This document shows, piece by piece, positions 1-12,476 of a stretch of 64,000 nt of DNA; position 1 is the first letter of the stretch, and each line of letters opens with the position of its first letter. The notes beneath the pieces were generated by a model, which made no database searches, had not been told where the DNA came from, and saw only the letters and a program-made list of their open reading frames with translations. The position numbers and the translations under genes are program-made. Source of the DNA: Octopus vulgaris (taxonomy: Eukaryota); assembly GCA_951406725.2 (NCBI GenBank), contig OX597818.1, forward strand, positions 5,456,001-5,520,000, given 5' to 3'.

Positions 1-1440
1 TACGAAAAGTAAGTGGGGAACGTAAAGCATGCGGAGACTTGCTGTCGAAAGCATACAGACAATTTCCAACGCTACCACCCACAACAAGGAATACAACTGT
101 ATATTTCAAAGAAAAAGTTAGAAAGCCTAACAGTCACGTTTTCGCAGCTGTAGCTAAAGTAGAAGAGCAATTAAATATAAATCTTGAATATTTGGAAACG
201 TTCAAACATCTGAGGGAGAAAAACATCACTAATGTCTCTTTAACACCCCTAGTATAATCTCACAGCTCACCTCACGACGAACTGTAATTTATAAAACTCT
301 ATCACTAAAAGTAAAAAAAAAAAACGAAACAATTGACTACATACCAAAGGAACTTATCGAAATGTGTTATCAGCTTATCTGGAATAAAATTAAATACATA
401 ACTAGAGGCAAAAGATACGGCACCGTGGAATAAGGTTCGACTCGGAAGACGAATCCAAGATACACGCCACAAAGCCCCTAAAAAGGGACGAACTGGTACT
501 TCTGTCGACATACCTCGGACGGCCAGTATCAAAAATAAAGATTGGAAAGGTATCCCCTGAGATTGAAGTCCTTTGGGTGGCGGCGGCTATCATACTTGAT
601 AACGAGAAGAACATTGATATACTAAAGATAAATGAACTACACCAACAAAACCGTGTAGACAGGGTCTAGAACTTTTAAGTGAGGCAAATCAGCAGAACCA
701 TGGAAGCATTCTAGGTATAATACACATACCTGAAGGAGCAAAATTGCACGTAACGGTGGAGTGGCGCAAAACTCAAAGTCCTTAGCTTACTGTGAACAAA
801 CGGGAAACGCGCCCTCCAGTAAAGAGACTCCACAACAGCATTTACATTAGCACACGCAGGATACTATAAAAGCAACTTGACCGCCACCCAAAGTAGCAGC
901 GCCTGCAAAGTGTGCAGAGAAAATATCAAGTGTCACAAGTATAGTAACGAAGATCACAACAGAAGCAGCAACAGTAGGATTAGCAGCAGCACCATCCACA
1001 TTGGAAGGAACGCCATCAGCTACTGCAGCAGCTGAGGATACCCGAAAAAGCATCTATAAGAATACTACAGAACCGACAACAGCAGCACGAAAGAGAGAAA
1101 CCAATTCGACAAACAACAACTCACCTAACCTACTCCTTCCAGAGTCTGACCCAGAAACTTCCACAGAATCAAACAACGAGTAGAAGGGAAACTCCGAAAG
1201 GAAAAAAGGCAAAAAGGGATACCAACGCAGCACTTCTTCACAACACAGACACACGACCATCAACTAAAGCACCCACATTACCAACACCACCAATACCACT
1301 GCCAGCACGATACACCATAGAAAATCCACCGTCGAAAACAATAATATATCTCACTGCAATCAACACAAAAGATGAACCGCTAATGAAATACATACATGAA
1401 AATATCAAGATCACATCAAAAGATTTCATAATATGATACA
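1..1440 (+). pseudogene. Degenerate ORF1 (gag-like) region of a non-LTR retrotransposon, possibly L1/Tx1-like
   Basis: A-rich coding-like strand with frameshifts and stops; ...KLHVTVEWRK... then YCEQTGN (decayed CCHC knuckle-like) and a Thr/Ala/Ser/Glu low-complexity tail. Confidence 0.4.
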
Positions 1441-1644
1441 AAAATATAATATTTAGAATAGGCTCTACTATAAAATTTAATATGTATTAATATAATTACA
1501 TTTAAGGTCAATCAATATGAAATAACATAAGTTTAAAACATCCTAAAAACGTCAATATAATTACCATAATTTCTCTTTTTCTTACATTAAAACTACGTAT
1601 TTTACAATAGGCATATAACATATCGTAATGCTTATAATATACGC

Positions 1645-1645
<1 letters not shown>

Positions 1646-1706
<61 letters not shown>
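1646..1706. repeat. (TA)n microsatellite
   Basis: Direct reading. Confidence 0.98.
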
Positions 1707-1709
<3 letters not shown>

Positions 1710-1829
1710 TTATGAGAGGTAACGGTGTCAGGTAATGCTGAATAAGTGTTATAGATGGACCTCAGTTAAGTTACAGGTTCGGTGATTATGCGAATAAGGG
1801 GTTGAACGTTGGTCATATGTCAGTTTGTG

Positions 1830-2185
1830 TATATAACATTTTTTATTCTTAATGAGATAAGAAAAACCAAGGCTGTGTATATGTATACCATTCTGCCATA
1901 AGCTATTAGAATATTATATGTCCAACATTCTGCCTAAAAAATTGATCTACAAATGCAATATCCCTACATATCTCACAGCTATTTTCTTTTATTTCCTCCA
2001 CTTCACTCCCTATATTATATCTTATCTAAATTATCTATTTCTTAACCCTCCCCTCGCACAGTCTCCGATGAAGGGATATAATAAATATCCTGGTAACAGC
2101 TGTAAGACCTTCTATATAAAAATGTTCTAAGAGCTACACAGCCTTGGTTTTTTTTTATCGCATTACGAAATAAAATTTATAAATA
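1830..2185 (+). mobile_element. PLE-type 3' end (pseudo-LTR) with ~50 bp inverted copy of its terminus
   Basis: 1830-1879 (..ATAAGAAAAACCAAGGCTGTGTA) is the reverse complement of 2135-2185; contains HHR motif 2061-2108. Confidence 0.6.
2061..2108 (+). ncRNA. Type I hammerhead ribozyme motif, variant/decayed
   Basis: GTCT-CCGATGA-A-GGGATA[taataaa]TATCCT-G-GTAAC-AGCT-GTA-AGAC: stems I and II and palindromic stem III loop present; U4->C and GAAA->GTAA deviations. Confidence 0.65.
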
Positions 2186-2323
2186 TATATTACGGAGATG
2201 TATTTGCATAGCATGTGACCAGATCTGAGATCGGGTGCTGAAACAAAACAATTGGAGCGTGGAAGGTGTTTATAAGCCATTTCAATACATACAAAAATCG
2301 TTAGATTCACTTCATTTAATTTT

Positions 2324-2379
2324 AATTTCTCAAGATATTTTCGTCGCTTTGAGACCGTGACCTTTTCAATGACAAAATT
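2324..2379 (-). ncRNA. Minimal HHR-like motif with U3-A8 core (decayed)
   Basis: Minus strand TTTTGTCA-TTGAAAA-G-GTCAC..GCGAC-GAAAA-TA-TCT-TGAGAAA. Confidence 0.45.
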
Positions 2380-2396
2380 CCGTGATGCAGCACGGA

Positions 2397-2450
2397 ATTT
2401 TGTCAGTGAACAGGACGCGGTTTCACAGCGAGGAAAATATTTTGACAAAT
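2397..2450 (+). ncRNA. Minimal HHR-like motif with G3-C8 core (stem II decayed)
   Basis: TTTGTCA-GTGAACA-GGACGC..GCGAG-GAAAA-TA-TTT-TGACAAA; 7-bp stem I. Confidence 0.45.
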
Positions 2451-2541
2451 TGAATTTAAATTTTGAAGTGAATCTAACGGTCTTTGTGTGCTTTTAAATG
2501 ACTTATAAACACTTTCCATGGTGCAATTGTTATTGTGCATA

Positions 2542-2597
<56 letters not shown>

Positions 2598-2789
2598 CAT
2601 ATATAACTACACATGCATACATAGTTACATACAAGTATGTATGCATATATACACATAGTATATAATACATATAAGTATTCAGTTAGCCAAATATATAAAA
2701 AATGATAGATACTTAACAAACTGAATTAACAGATACGTATATACAGCTAGCAGTACATATACATATATAGTACATATATACTTCCTACC

Positions 2790-2880
<91 letters not shown>

Positions 2881-2882
<2 letters not shown>

Positions 2883-3597
2883 TAAGTAATAAACCCTTAA
2901 TTACTTAGTGTTACTTAAACCTTCCTCGAATGGGGCTTTTACATGCCGAAATCTACTTGGTGAAATTAATGATTATTCCAAATTAATTAATTTCACCCTA
3001 TATTATTATTGATAACCATATTTCATCCCAGTAAATTGCCGCAACATCTTATTCTGGCAGCACGCTGGTGGGAGGAGGATGGTGACACATACTTTCATTC
3101 ACACTTTGAATTTGGTGGTACTGGTAACGGCTTACGCTCGCTCTGATACCATGAGTTGAGGTGATGTCTTCTAGTGCCTCCAAATTTAATACACAATTAT
3201 TTATAATTGTAGAGTCCTGCGCTGAGGAGAAAAATAGTCGGGTAAGACATAATTATTTAATTTTCATGCTTTCCTATGACTTAATTTCGAAACGTACGTC
3301 CGTAGGTGACTTAATATAGAATGATTGTCGTCATTTCTTTCTCTTTTGCCTGCGTTGTTTGCCTTTTAAGTGCTGTGGTTTTACTGAGATCTCCCTTTTA
3401 AGTAGAAAGAATAGCCATAACTCTTTGACTGCTATTTCTAAATTCGGTGTGTGGTGAGGCAAATCGTTGCTAAACCCTTAATAACTTAGTATTACTTAAA
3501 CCTTCCTCGAATGGGGCTTTTACATGCCGAAATCTACTTGGTGAAATTAATGATTATTCCAAATTAATTAATTTCACCCTATATTATTATTGATAAC
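2881..3597 (+). mobile_element. ORF-less HHR element, copy A (581-bp unit, ~1.2 tandem copies)
   Basis: 127-bp direct repeats 2890-3016 and 3471-3597 (2 mismatches); 10-bp 5' inversion 2881-2890; flanked by (TA)n; internal HHR. Confidence 0.85.
3216..3306 (+). ncRNA. Type I hammerhead ribozyme, canonical core
   Basis: CCTGCG-CTGAGGA-GAAA..(extended stem II)..TTTC-GAAAC-GTAC-GTC^CGTAGG; predicted cleavage after C3300. Confidence 0.9.
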
Positions 3598-3741
<144 letters not shown>

Positions 3742-4076
3742 TAGATAGATATATACATATATTTATACGCATACATATACCCTGACATACGTATATGCGC
3801 ATATACTTGCATATATACTCAGATAAATATAAATAAAAGTATATGCATCTTGAAATAAAGAATAAATTGATAATTATTATAATATTTACAAAATTAAAAC
3901 CTGCTAGCTATTGAAAATAATTATAGCTAATATAGAACTATAATATAATATAATATAATTTAAATAAACGTTATTATGAGATAATTTAATCACAATAAAC
4001 TCTTAGATTAATAAAACTTTAGTATCATGTTACTTAATAACATATTGATAAGCAAAAGATGCCGATCATTTCACGA

Positions 4077-4230
<154 letters not shown>

Positions 4231-4428
4231 GTATACATACATATGCATACACACAGACACACAGACACACACATATATATATATACATATACATATACTG
4301 GGTAACATGTTACCAGTCGCACTCGAAAATGGCCTGGCATAATATATATACACATACACACACATATATACAGATACATATATATATATATGCGTATATA
4401 TACATACGTATATGTACATACTTACATG

Positions 4429-4484
<56 letters not shown>

Positions 4485-4617
4485 AGCATAGGTGGGCATG
4501 GGACATCATGAAACGTGTACAACACACAGAAATATGAAGCACGAGTACTTTGAACATGAACTATTTTTTCGAACAACGAAAGAGACAAATGGAAAACAAG
4601 GCAAACAACATAAAGAA

Positions 4618-4756
<139 letters not shown>

Positions 4757-4783
4757 CATATATATGTATATATATATACATTT

Positions 4784-5334
4784 GGTGGGTGCCTCCTCGT
4801 TATCGAGTATGGCCATTGCACGAAGCTTAATCAATGTTGTTATCGTGCAATGCCTGTGCAAGAAGATTTTTTTTTAAAGTGAGGAAAGGCTGTGCACTGA
4901 GATAATCTCACTCACTAAGCAACAGCAGCCATAATCCGAACAGAAGAACAAGTCAACATCATCGGTAACCACTGAGCCGCAGGTTTTATGTCGGAGTTAT
5001 CCCAGTTACCTGAGTTACCCTCTCCTAGAAGGATGCCCTAACAAAGGCTAGGTGCCCTTCACTCCCAATGGTTTAACCGCGCTATCGGGTATTCAGTCCG
5101 ATTATTTCCATGTCCCCGCACATGATACAGCCCTAAGACATTTATTGGATGGCCATTGACTCTCAAGAGTTACTCCGCCATTTGACAGGTTTTGTTTTTA
5201 ATCCCGCAGGGTGTCCAATAAACACCCTGCTCACCAAGCAAGCTTGGTGGGGTTGCCGGCTTATTCGCCGACGACCCGACCATGCAACAGGTACTGGGTT
5301 ACATGTTACCAGTAGCACTCGAAAGTGACCTGAC
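4784..5334 (-). mobile_element. ~550-bp non-autonomous retroelement, probably RTE-derived (5'UTR+3'UTR type)
   Basis: Closely similar to 17737-18286 in opposite orientation; CTAGGAGAGGGTAACTC resembles RTE 5'UTR motif; 3' hairpin CTCG-ATAA-CGAG; 45-bp 5' fragment also at 4297-4338. Confidence 0.7.
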
Positions 5335-5351
5335 ATAATGTATATATATAC

Positions 5352-5382
<31 letters not shown>

Positions 5383-5501
5383 CATATGTATACACACACA
5401 CACATATATATGAGAGAAAAAGAGTGTAAGAAACAGAAAGGAAGTGTAAGAGATAGGCTGAGAGATAGATATTTATGCGTGCGTTTTTTCGTATGCATGT
5501 G

Positions 5502-5542
<41 letters not shown>

Positions 5543-6173
5543 TATTACCATGATACGATCGTATATGAATGCATAAAATCTTATCTTTTATACACTATGA
5601 TTTGTCATAAAATCCCCATATGAAAATTATTACCAACTTCATAGAAATTTTGCTACTACGTTTTTAATAGGAATCTTCATCTGTTTCGTTTAATTGTTTT
5701 TAACAAAATGCAACCATGTGCGTGAATTAGAATTCATTAAAGCGAAGGTATTGAAATATATTATATTTTCGTTTAAGTTATGTAAAGCACGTAATATTTT
5801 CCTTTCTTATAAAATCTCTCTGCTAGGTATAAACAAAACTTAAGATAATATTGTGTCATTTGTTTTGAGAATGTGTATGGCATATAGATGCCTTTACAAA
5901 TGTGTTCGCATGTTTTAGTGCGCTTGTGTCTAGTCACTTTGGTTTGTCTTTAAAAATGTTCTGTAATGCATATGCTGACACACACGTTAGTCCATATTAA
6001 TTATAAAAATTCAATACATGCCACTATCATTCATGCATTGTATAATAGTGGTATATCTTGTAAACACATATTATACCTTTTGTAAATCCATGTGCATGTG
6101 TGTGCATATCTGTGTGTGTGTGTATATATATATATATGTACATATATATATATATATACATAGAAGCATATAC

Positions 6174-6225
<52 letters not shown>

Positions 6226-6232
6226 GTATATA

Positions 6233-6273
<41 letters not shown>

Positions 6274-9200
6274 CATACACACAGATGCAAACAGACACAC
6301 GGATACACAGGAATGCATGTCTATGGGTCTTGTATATGTTGATATAAATTTTCATACGTGTATATACGTTTGTATATTATTGAAAAAATAATGATTTTAC
6401 TTTAAACTCTATCTTGTACTTTTACAGCAATGTGTCGAAAACATATGCGAAACGAAGATTCCTTTTAAATTGCAATTACAGTTCATTGAAAAGTACACTC
6501 TTTACGCAGTTTTAATAACACATACAGCAAGTGTGTGACAAATTCATACACTCCTACTATATAATATCAATGTAAACATACGACTTTACTAAAATTATTA
6601 TGTGATTTCATTCCCAAAGAACTTCATTTCTGTATGGAATATATGTTCCTCATAACATATTAGATATCTCATCATCATAGTAATTGTTTTCTGTTTTATA
6701 TTATGCTTATTGCTGGACACCAATTATCAATTGTCACGAACAAATATTGAATTAGTTAGCGATGATAATAGTACACAGATATGGTTTTAGTTTCGAAATG
6801 CCCATGTCATTGTGTATCCAGCTTTCTATTCCCATTATATTTGTATAATTTATTTGCTTTTTTTAGCTTAAAGTATGGATTGTTTATCATTAGAAATATC
6901 ATTGTCATTTTTATATTCTCAACGATGGTTGCATATGCATAAGTTTACTATGTAATGTTTGCCTCCGAACGCCTTGATTGTTAATAGATGTAGAGATCTA
7001 AATTAAATGGGTGGGGTGCTGGACTTGTTTACACTTGAATTTCGGCAGTGCAAAATTGATGGTATTGTCTCATCCGTCTTACCAATTACGTTGGTTGTGC
7101 AACTTCTTAAATACACTTAAAAATCACAATATTAGTTGTCGCTATTTAAGCATATGTAAATTAAAATAGGTAATAAACAAGCTCCATTGCAAAACTCAAC
7201 TCGTATCTTTGGTGAATATACTTTCCCATGTTTTTATAATGCATATACATTCAGTTAATTTACTTGGCTCTATCTTAATGTCATCCGTTGTGATTAAGGT
7301 AGTACAATACAAGAGGTTGCTGATGTTTTATTTTTCTTCTTAGTTGCAGTAATAACAGTGATCCTTGGATTTCCGTCGTTCGTTCATTTAGTGGATGTGA
7401 TAAATGTTGATAACCTGGTTACTGAAATTGTTTATATGACTAAGAACAAAGATTTTGAAAGTGTTCCCTGCCGTATAGTGTATCAGATAGGAATCCATTC
7501 GTCAGTGTCATCCTTCTTTTAAGAGAATGATGTATTATTTGCATTTGTACTATACTTCTACGATGCTGAATAACAGTGTACAAGCTTTTTTTTTTTGTTA
7601 TTTCGATATCATTTTTATCTCAGTTTCCTATTTGTTGCTAGGTCTGTGAATGCTACTGTCAACGTTTTCCATTGGCAATAATGGTAACAGATGAATTACG
7701 ATACTGAAATACACTGAAATTTAGGTTTTCGGTATGTGATGGATTAATAAATGCTTTTATAGTTTATATCGCATGACCTGTAGTGAACTAGACACTTGTG
7801 CCTGTCTAGCCGAGATCAATTGTATATTAAACACATGAAATGTAACTGATATGTAACTCATTTATGAACAAACAATTAAGAAATGAACATAAAATGAAGC
7901 AACAGAATTACTCTCATCTTAGTTCTCTACTATGTGAAATAGAGCCGTTGATTTCGGTACTTCTAAGGAATACAGGAAAAGGACTTACCAAAAAAAAAGT
8001 ATATTCACTGTGATGTAATGTTATGTAATAATGACATATATTCTATTTGAAATACAAGTATATGACTAAATCTAAAATTAGATAACTAGATAGAAGTGAC
8101 GGCAAATCAAGTGATTTACGTGTGGTATTCCTTGTATTGGTTCAGACTTTTCATATGAATATCGTCCATTACCCACAGGTACCCTCTGATAGACTAGAGT
8201 TTGGTACGTCGGAATATCGTTTCTTTCTAGGAAATTTATTTATCTGCTTCCAGTTTAAATGCTTCTAGATACCACGTCTTGGATTCGTTACTATAGCAAT
8301 CTCCAGTGTTGAATCAACTTTGTAATAGTAATACATTTTCTTATCAATGAGTGTAATTAATCGGTTCGTTTATACAATATCTAAGCTTAACTTTCCTCAT
8401 TTGAAATTTTGCAACTACTGGTAAATTATATCCCTTTGACATATGTTTTCTAACAAAAATATACCACATGACACACTACATATTACCAGGTTTTTGTAAC
8501 ATTAAACAGTGTTACACATGCAGCTATACACTAATTGAAATATTAATAATACAATCAAAACGTACAAGCAGTTTCATTTGCTGATCGACCCACTTGGCGA
8601 GAAACATGGGGAAATGTTTCTTCTGATGCCGCTCGAAGATATCGAAAGCTGAACTTTTTAACATATGACATAAAGACTATTTGAAATATATGTCTAATTT
8701 TGTTAATACTAGATTTTTAAAAACTGAAGCTTCTAACGAAGCTATTTCTAGACGAGTTATTGGAATATTGAATGATATATTTTAAATGTTCTGACAAACA
8801 AACAAACGTAGCCATAGACTAACATATATCTTATGTGTTGATTCATAATGTTAAGTAACTTCACAAGAATCGAATTATTTAAGAAGGCACATATATATAT
8901 AAGTCCTTATAAAAGTCGTTAAAATATTCGAACAACTTAAGTAACGCCTATGTGTTGTTATCACGTAACCAATACTGCAAAATTCACACCAGAGTATTTC
9001 ATGGGACAACAAACCAATTTTCGACAACCCCATCCAATGTTGTTTGTCAATATACCAATGAAGCAAACTGCTAATAGCACGGAATCATGCAAACACACCA
9101 CAAGTGTACGCAGTACATTACAATAGTGACAAAACCGGATGTTGCTCAAAATATTCCCAGCATGGGCATTAGTTAACTGAGACATTTCATCACATTGTGC

Positions 9201-9552
9201 GAATCCTTCTGATTAAATTTGATTATCCAGTTTAGCGAAAGGTGAAAAATACAATTGCCAACTTCTTAAAACTAAGGAAATTGAACATAGCTGGAAATCA
9301 ATTAGAAACATAGAAATACAACTTCAGTATCAAACGTTATGGGTGCTTTATGATAGTTCAAAGAAAAATTAAAGAATCATATTCATGTTGCGCTCTTCAA
9401 TATTTGTGTGAGACAAACGCAAACATGCAGGCACATACTGACACATATATACAGTATACATATACATCATACATACATATACCCATACACATATCTTCAC
9501 ACGTATATATGTTCTTATACAAATGTACATAACTCTTGCAATTTCTGCAAGA

Positions 9553-9594
<42 letters not shown>

Positions 9595-10431
9595 TTTCAA
9601 CAATTGAGGGTAAAATTAATTAATTAATTATTAATCAATTTCACCAAGTGTTCAGTATGTAAAGGGACCATTTAAGGCGAATTCAAATTATTACATTATA
9701 TAAAAGGGCTTAGTAAAATAAATTACTTTGCCACATACTGAACTCATTAGAAATAGCAGCTAAAAAAACTTTTTTAAAACTATTTCTAATACTTAAAGAA
9801 AATCTCTCTCATATAGTGCTTGCTCAATTCAACTCACGAAAGTATGGGGGTAAAGACATTAAAAAATCAAATGCAAAGGTTATTTGAGAACGTACGTTTC
9901 AAGATTAGTCAAACTCGACATTTCTATCATCAGCTCAGAACTCCTTGGTTTGGATTTGATAACACTGAAAGTGGGAGCATACCCTTTCGGCTTCCTATCG
10001 CTTCTGAAGATCTGCTCGAAACTAACAGTGTCAACATACCCAAAAAATGCAAGCGAAGAATTTCTGCTCTCCCCTTTCCACCAGCGTGGGTTAAAATCAG
10101 CAAACGCTAAGCTTTTTCGGTAAATCCGAAACATTAAATAGAGAGAGATGAATTATAATTTCAACAATTGAGGGTAAAATTAATTAATTAATTATTAATC
10201 AATTTCACCAAGTGTTCAGTATGTAAAGGGACCATTTAAGGCGAATTCAAATTATTACATTATATAAAAGGGCTTAGTAAAATAAATTACTTTGCCACAT
10301 ACTGAACTCATTAGAAATAGCAGCTAAAAAAACTTCTTTAAGTATTAGAAATAGTTTTTAAAAAGTTTTTTTAGCTGCTATTTCTAATGAGTTCAGTATG
10401 TGGCAAAGTAATTTATTTTACTAAGCCCTTT

Positions 10432-10439
<8 letters not shown>
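9595..10439 (-). mobile_element. ORF-less HHR element, copy B (564-bp unit, ~1.3 tandem copies plus inverted segment)
   Basis: 177-bp direct repeats 9595-9771 and 10159-10335; 10334-10439 is the reverse complement of ~9695-9800; homologous to copy A; (TA)n on both sides. Confidence 0.85.
9885..9937 (-). ncRNA. Type I hammerhead ribozyme, canonical core
   Basis: Minus strand TGAG-CTGATGA-TAGAAATGTC[gagttt]GACTAATCTT-GAAAC-GTAC-GTT^CTCA. Confidence 0.8.
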
Positions 10440-10463
<24 letters not shown>

Positions 10464-10512
10464 GAAAAAACAAGTCAAAATAGAAAATGCTAAAATAATT
10501 TTATAAAGAACA

Positions 10513-10556
10513 TTTCAGTACCGGTTTCGGTCATTTTGAGACCTTTTCAACTGTAA
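10513..10556 (-). ncRNA. Minimal type I HHR, U3-A8 variant, in a PLE-type 3' end (~10462-10840)
   Basis: Minus strand TTACAG-TTGAAAA-GGTC[tcaaaat]GACC-GAAAC-CG-GTA^CTGAAA. Confidence 0.75.
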
Positions 10557-10842
10557 CGATTAAATTTAGAAAAATTAGAAGAAAAGCTTTTTTAAAGGAA
10601 TATTTGTATAGTTTTCAAATTTTAGTGGCATTCTGCCTTTCTCTGACTCCCTTGTTTGCACTTGTGTGTTTGTGAATTCTTGGTAGGGTAGGAGAAGAGG
10701 GATGATGAGGAGAAGGGGTGGAGAAATTTGGGAGTGCCTTGATTGTTGTATTTTGAATGGTCAGTTGCAGTTCAATTCAGGAGAATATTTCTATTGAAAG
10801 GTTGGTTTATGGAATTTGCGTAGGTTGGTTTATGGACTTTGC

Positions 10843-10873
<31 letters not shown>

Positions 10874-10875
<2 letters not shown>

Positions 10876-11015
10876 GTGTTTTAACGTGAATAAGGATACC
10901 ATGTTTGTCAAAAATTAGGTTAAAAAATATGGATACTTTTATAATTCCTTGCAAAATGTTATCCCAAATTTTAAGCCCCACCAAATTAGGGGCTTCCTTA
11001 TGCACGTTACAATAC

Positions 11016-11017
<2 letters not shown>
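10874..11017. mobile_element. 144-bp MITE, Tc1/mariner-type, in (TA)n
   Basis: Imperfect 23-bp TIRs CCGTGTTTTAACGTGAATAAGGA / TCCTTATGCACGTTACAATACGG, TA on both sides. Confidence 0.7.
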
Positions 11018-11060
<43 letters not shown>

Positions 11061-11151
11061 TCTTTTTAAAAGTTTATATGTATAAAGGCAAAATAGAATT
11101 TGAGAATGCACTGAGAATACTTAAAATATTTTTTTATTGATACATTTAAAG

Positions 11152-11189
11152 TTTTAATCGGTTTCACAGTTTACACTGGTTTTCAAAAG
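11152..11189 (-). ncRNA. Decayed minimal HHR-like motif (U3-A8)
   Basis: Minus strand TT-TTGAAAA-C-CAG[tgtaaa]CTG-T-GAAAC-CG-ATT-AA; same position relative to (TA)n as 10513-10556. Confidence 0.35.
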
Positions 11190-11512
11190 ATTCAAACAGA
11201 AAGACGTGGCTTGTGTCTCAGCTGACTTTCTTCTGACTAGTGTTTGAAGATTGCCTTATTTTTATTGAAAGTTCATGGCTCAAATTAGTATATGATTTGA
11301 ATAGGATTTGATGTGTATGTAATAGTCACATGACTGGTCTTAGAAATATTTGTAGTTTCCCCGCTTCGTCCATGTGTTAATATCAAGTGGCAATGTTTCA
11401 CGTTGTAAGTTAAGGTTGACGCAGTTGACTGAACATGTCCAAATTATCGATGCTCTGAATGTTTTCTGTCAGGTGTTTGATTAAGTTTATAAATCTCTGT
11501 ACGTCACCCGCT

Positions 11513-11634
11513 ACGTCCATGCGTTAGTGTCACATGACAGTGTATTTTGGTATAACTAAACATGTTTATTTAACCATGTTGGCCTTCTATTTAGGCGCAA
11601 AATATACTGTCACGTGACTCTAACGCACGGACGT
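11513..11634. repeat. 37-bp imperfect inverted repeat at the junction of two oppositely oriented PLE-type ends
   Basis: ACGTCCATGCGTTAGTGTCACATGACAGTGTATTTTG / CAAAATATACTGTCACGTGACTCTAACGCACGGACGT. Confidence 0.8.
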
Positions 11635-11774
11635 GCAAACGGTTATGAACTTAATCTTGTGTTTATTCTCTATAAACATATATGGAGAGTGTGTACGAAT
11701 TAAAATATGTTTCTTTACTTGTAATAATGACGGATTACCAGAATGTGAAACTTCTTTGGTGAAGATGTTTTTTT

Positions 11775-11856
11775 TTCCTGATGAAGAGACCATTGTTGCT
11801 ATGATGTTTTAATGTGTTAATGGATTGTGGCAGTGGCTACTGAAACGGCCGTGGAC
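11775..11856 (+). ncRNA. Type I HHR motif, decayed cleavage site
   Basis: CTGATGA-AG..CCATTGTTGC..GTGGCAGTGG..CT-GAAAC-GGCC-GT(G)GAC; residue 17 missing or G, stem I weak. Confidence 0.55.
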
Positions 11857-12327
11857 TTGAATTCCTCTTTATGATGGACATTATTCTGGATTCTTGTCTT
11901 GCATTCATTCTTGCATTTTACGACACATTATTCTGGATCCCTTTTACTTTTAATAGTTTAACTACCTTAATTTTTATTCTATGTTTATTTTTTAATTTTT
12001 AATTGCCATACTATATATATACATTCATATTCATCATTCTTCACAGGTTTCTCACACGTTTTTATATGTGTATATATGTATATTCTTATACCTTCGCGTT
12101 TTGTATGCTAAGCGTCCTGGTATTTTAATATGTATTTATTTATGCTCAACGGTGTGAATATATGGGGATGATATAAATTTGTTTGCCCAATTCTGAAGCC
12201 CTTTTTTAACCACAGAGTTTTTGTTTTGCCTCAGTTTTATACTTGAGTACTTCTATTTGCAATCCAGATTTATTTTATTTTTCGATTCCTATACGGAGAA
12301 ACGAAATTGAAAAAAAGTCTACTTTGT

Positions 12328-12370
<43 letters not shown>

Positions 12371-12445
12371 AAGTAGATGTGTATATATATATATATGTGT
12401 GTGTGTGTGTGCGTGTGTGTTTTTGCATGTGTGTGTAAGTATATG

Positions 12446-12476
<31 letters not shown>

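Larger units (their letters stand above)
2200..2532. mobile_element. Head-to-head inverted pair of a PLE-terminus-like repeat, each arm with an HHR-like motif
   Basis: ~140 bp imperfect arms around centre GACAAAATTCCGTG atgcag CACGGAATTTTGTC (2371-2404). Confidence 0.7.

Noticed and set aside
3064-3071. GCTGGTGG (E. coli Chi) here, at 10078-10085 (minus) and at 50585-50592
   Set aside because: Eukaryotic context; no reason to invoke RecBCD function
10000-10036. Plus-strand CTGAAGA..GAAAC..GTC inside copy B, suggesting an opposite-polarity (viroid-like) hammerhead
   Set aside because: No stem II, stem I only 2 bp, and no equivalent in copies A or C
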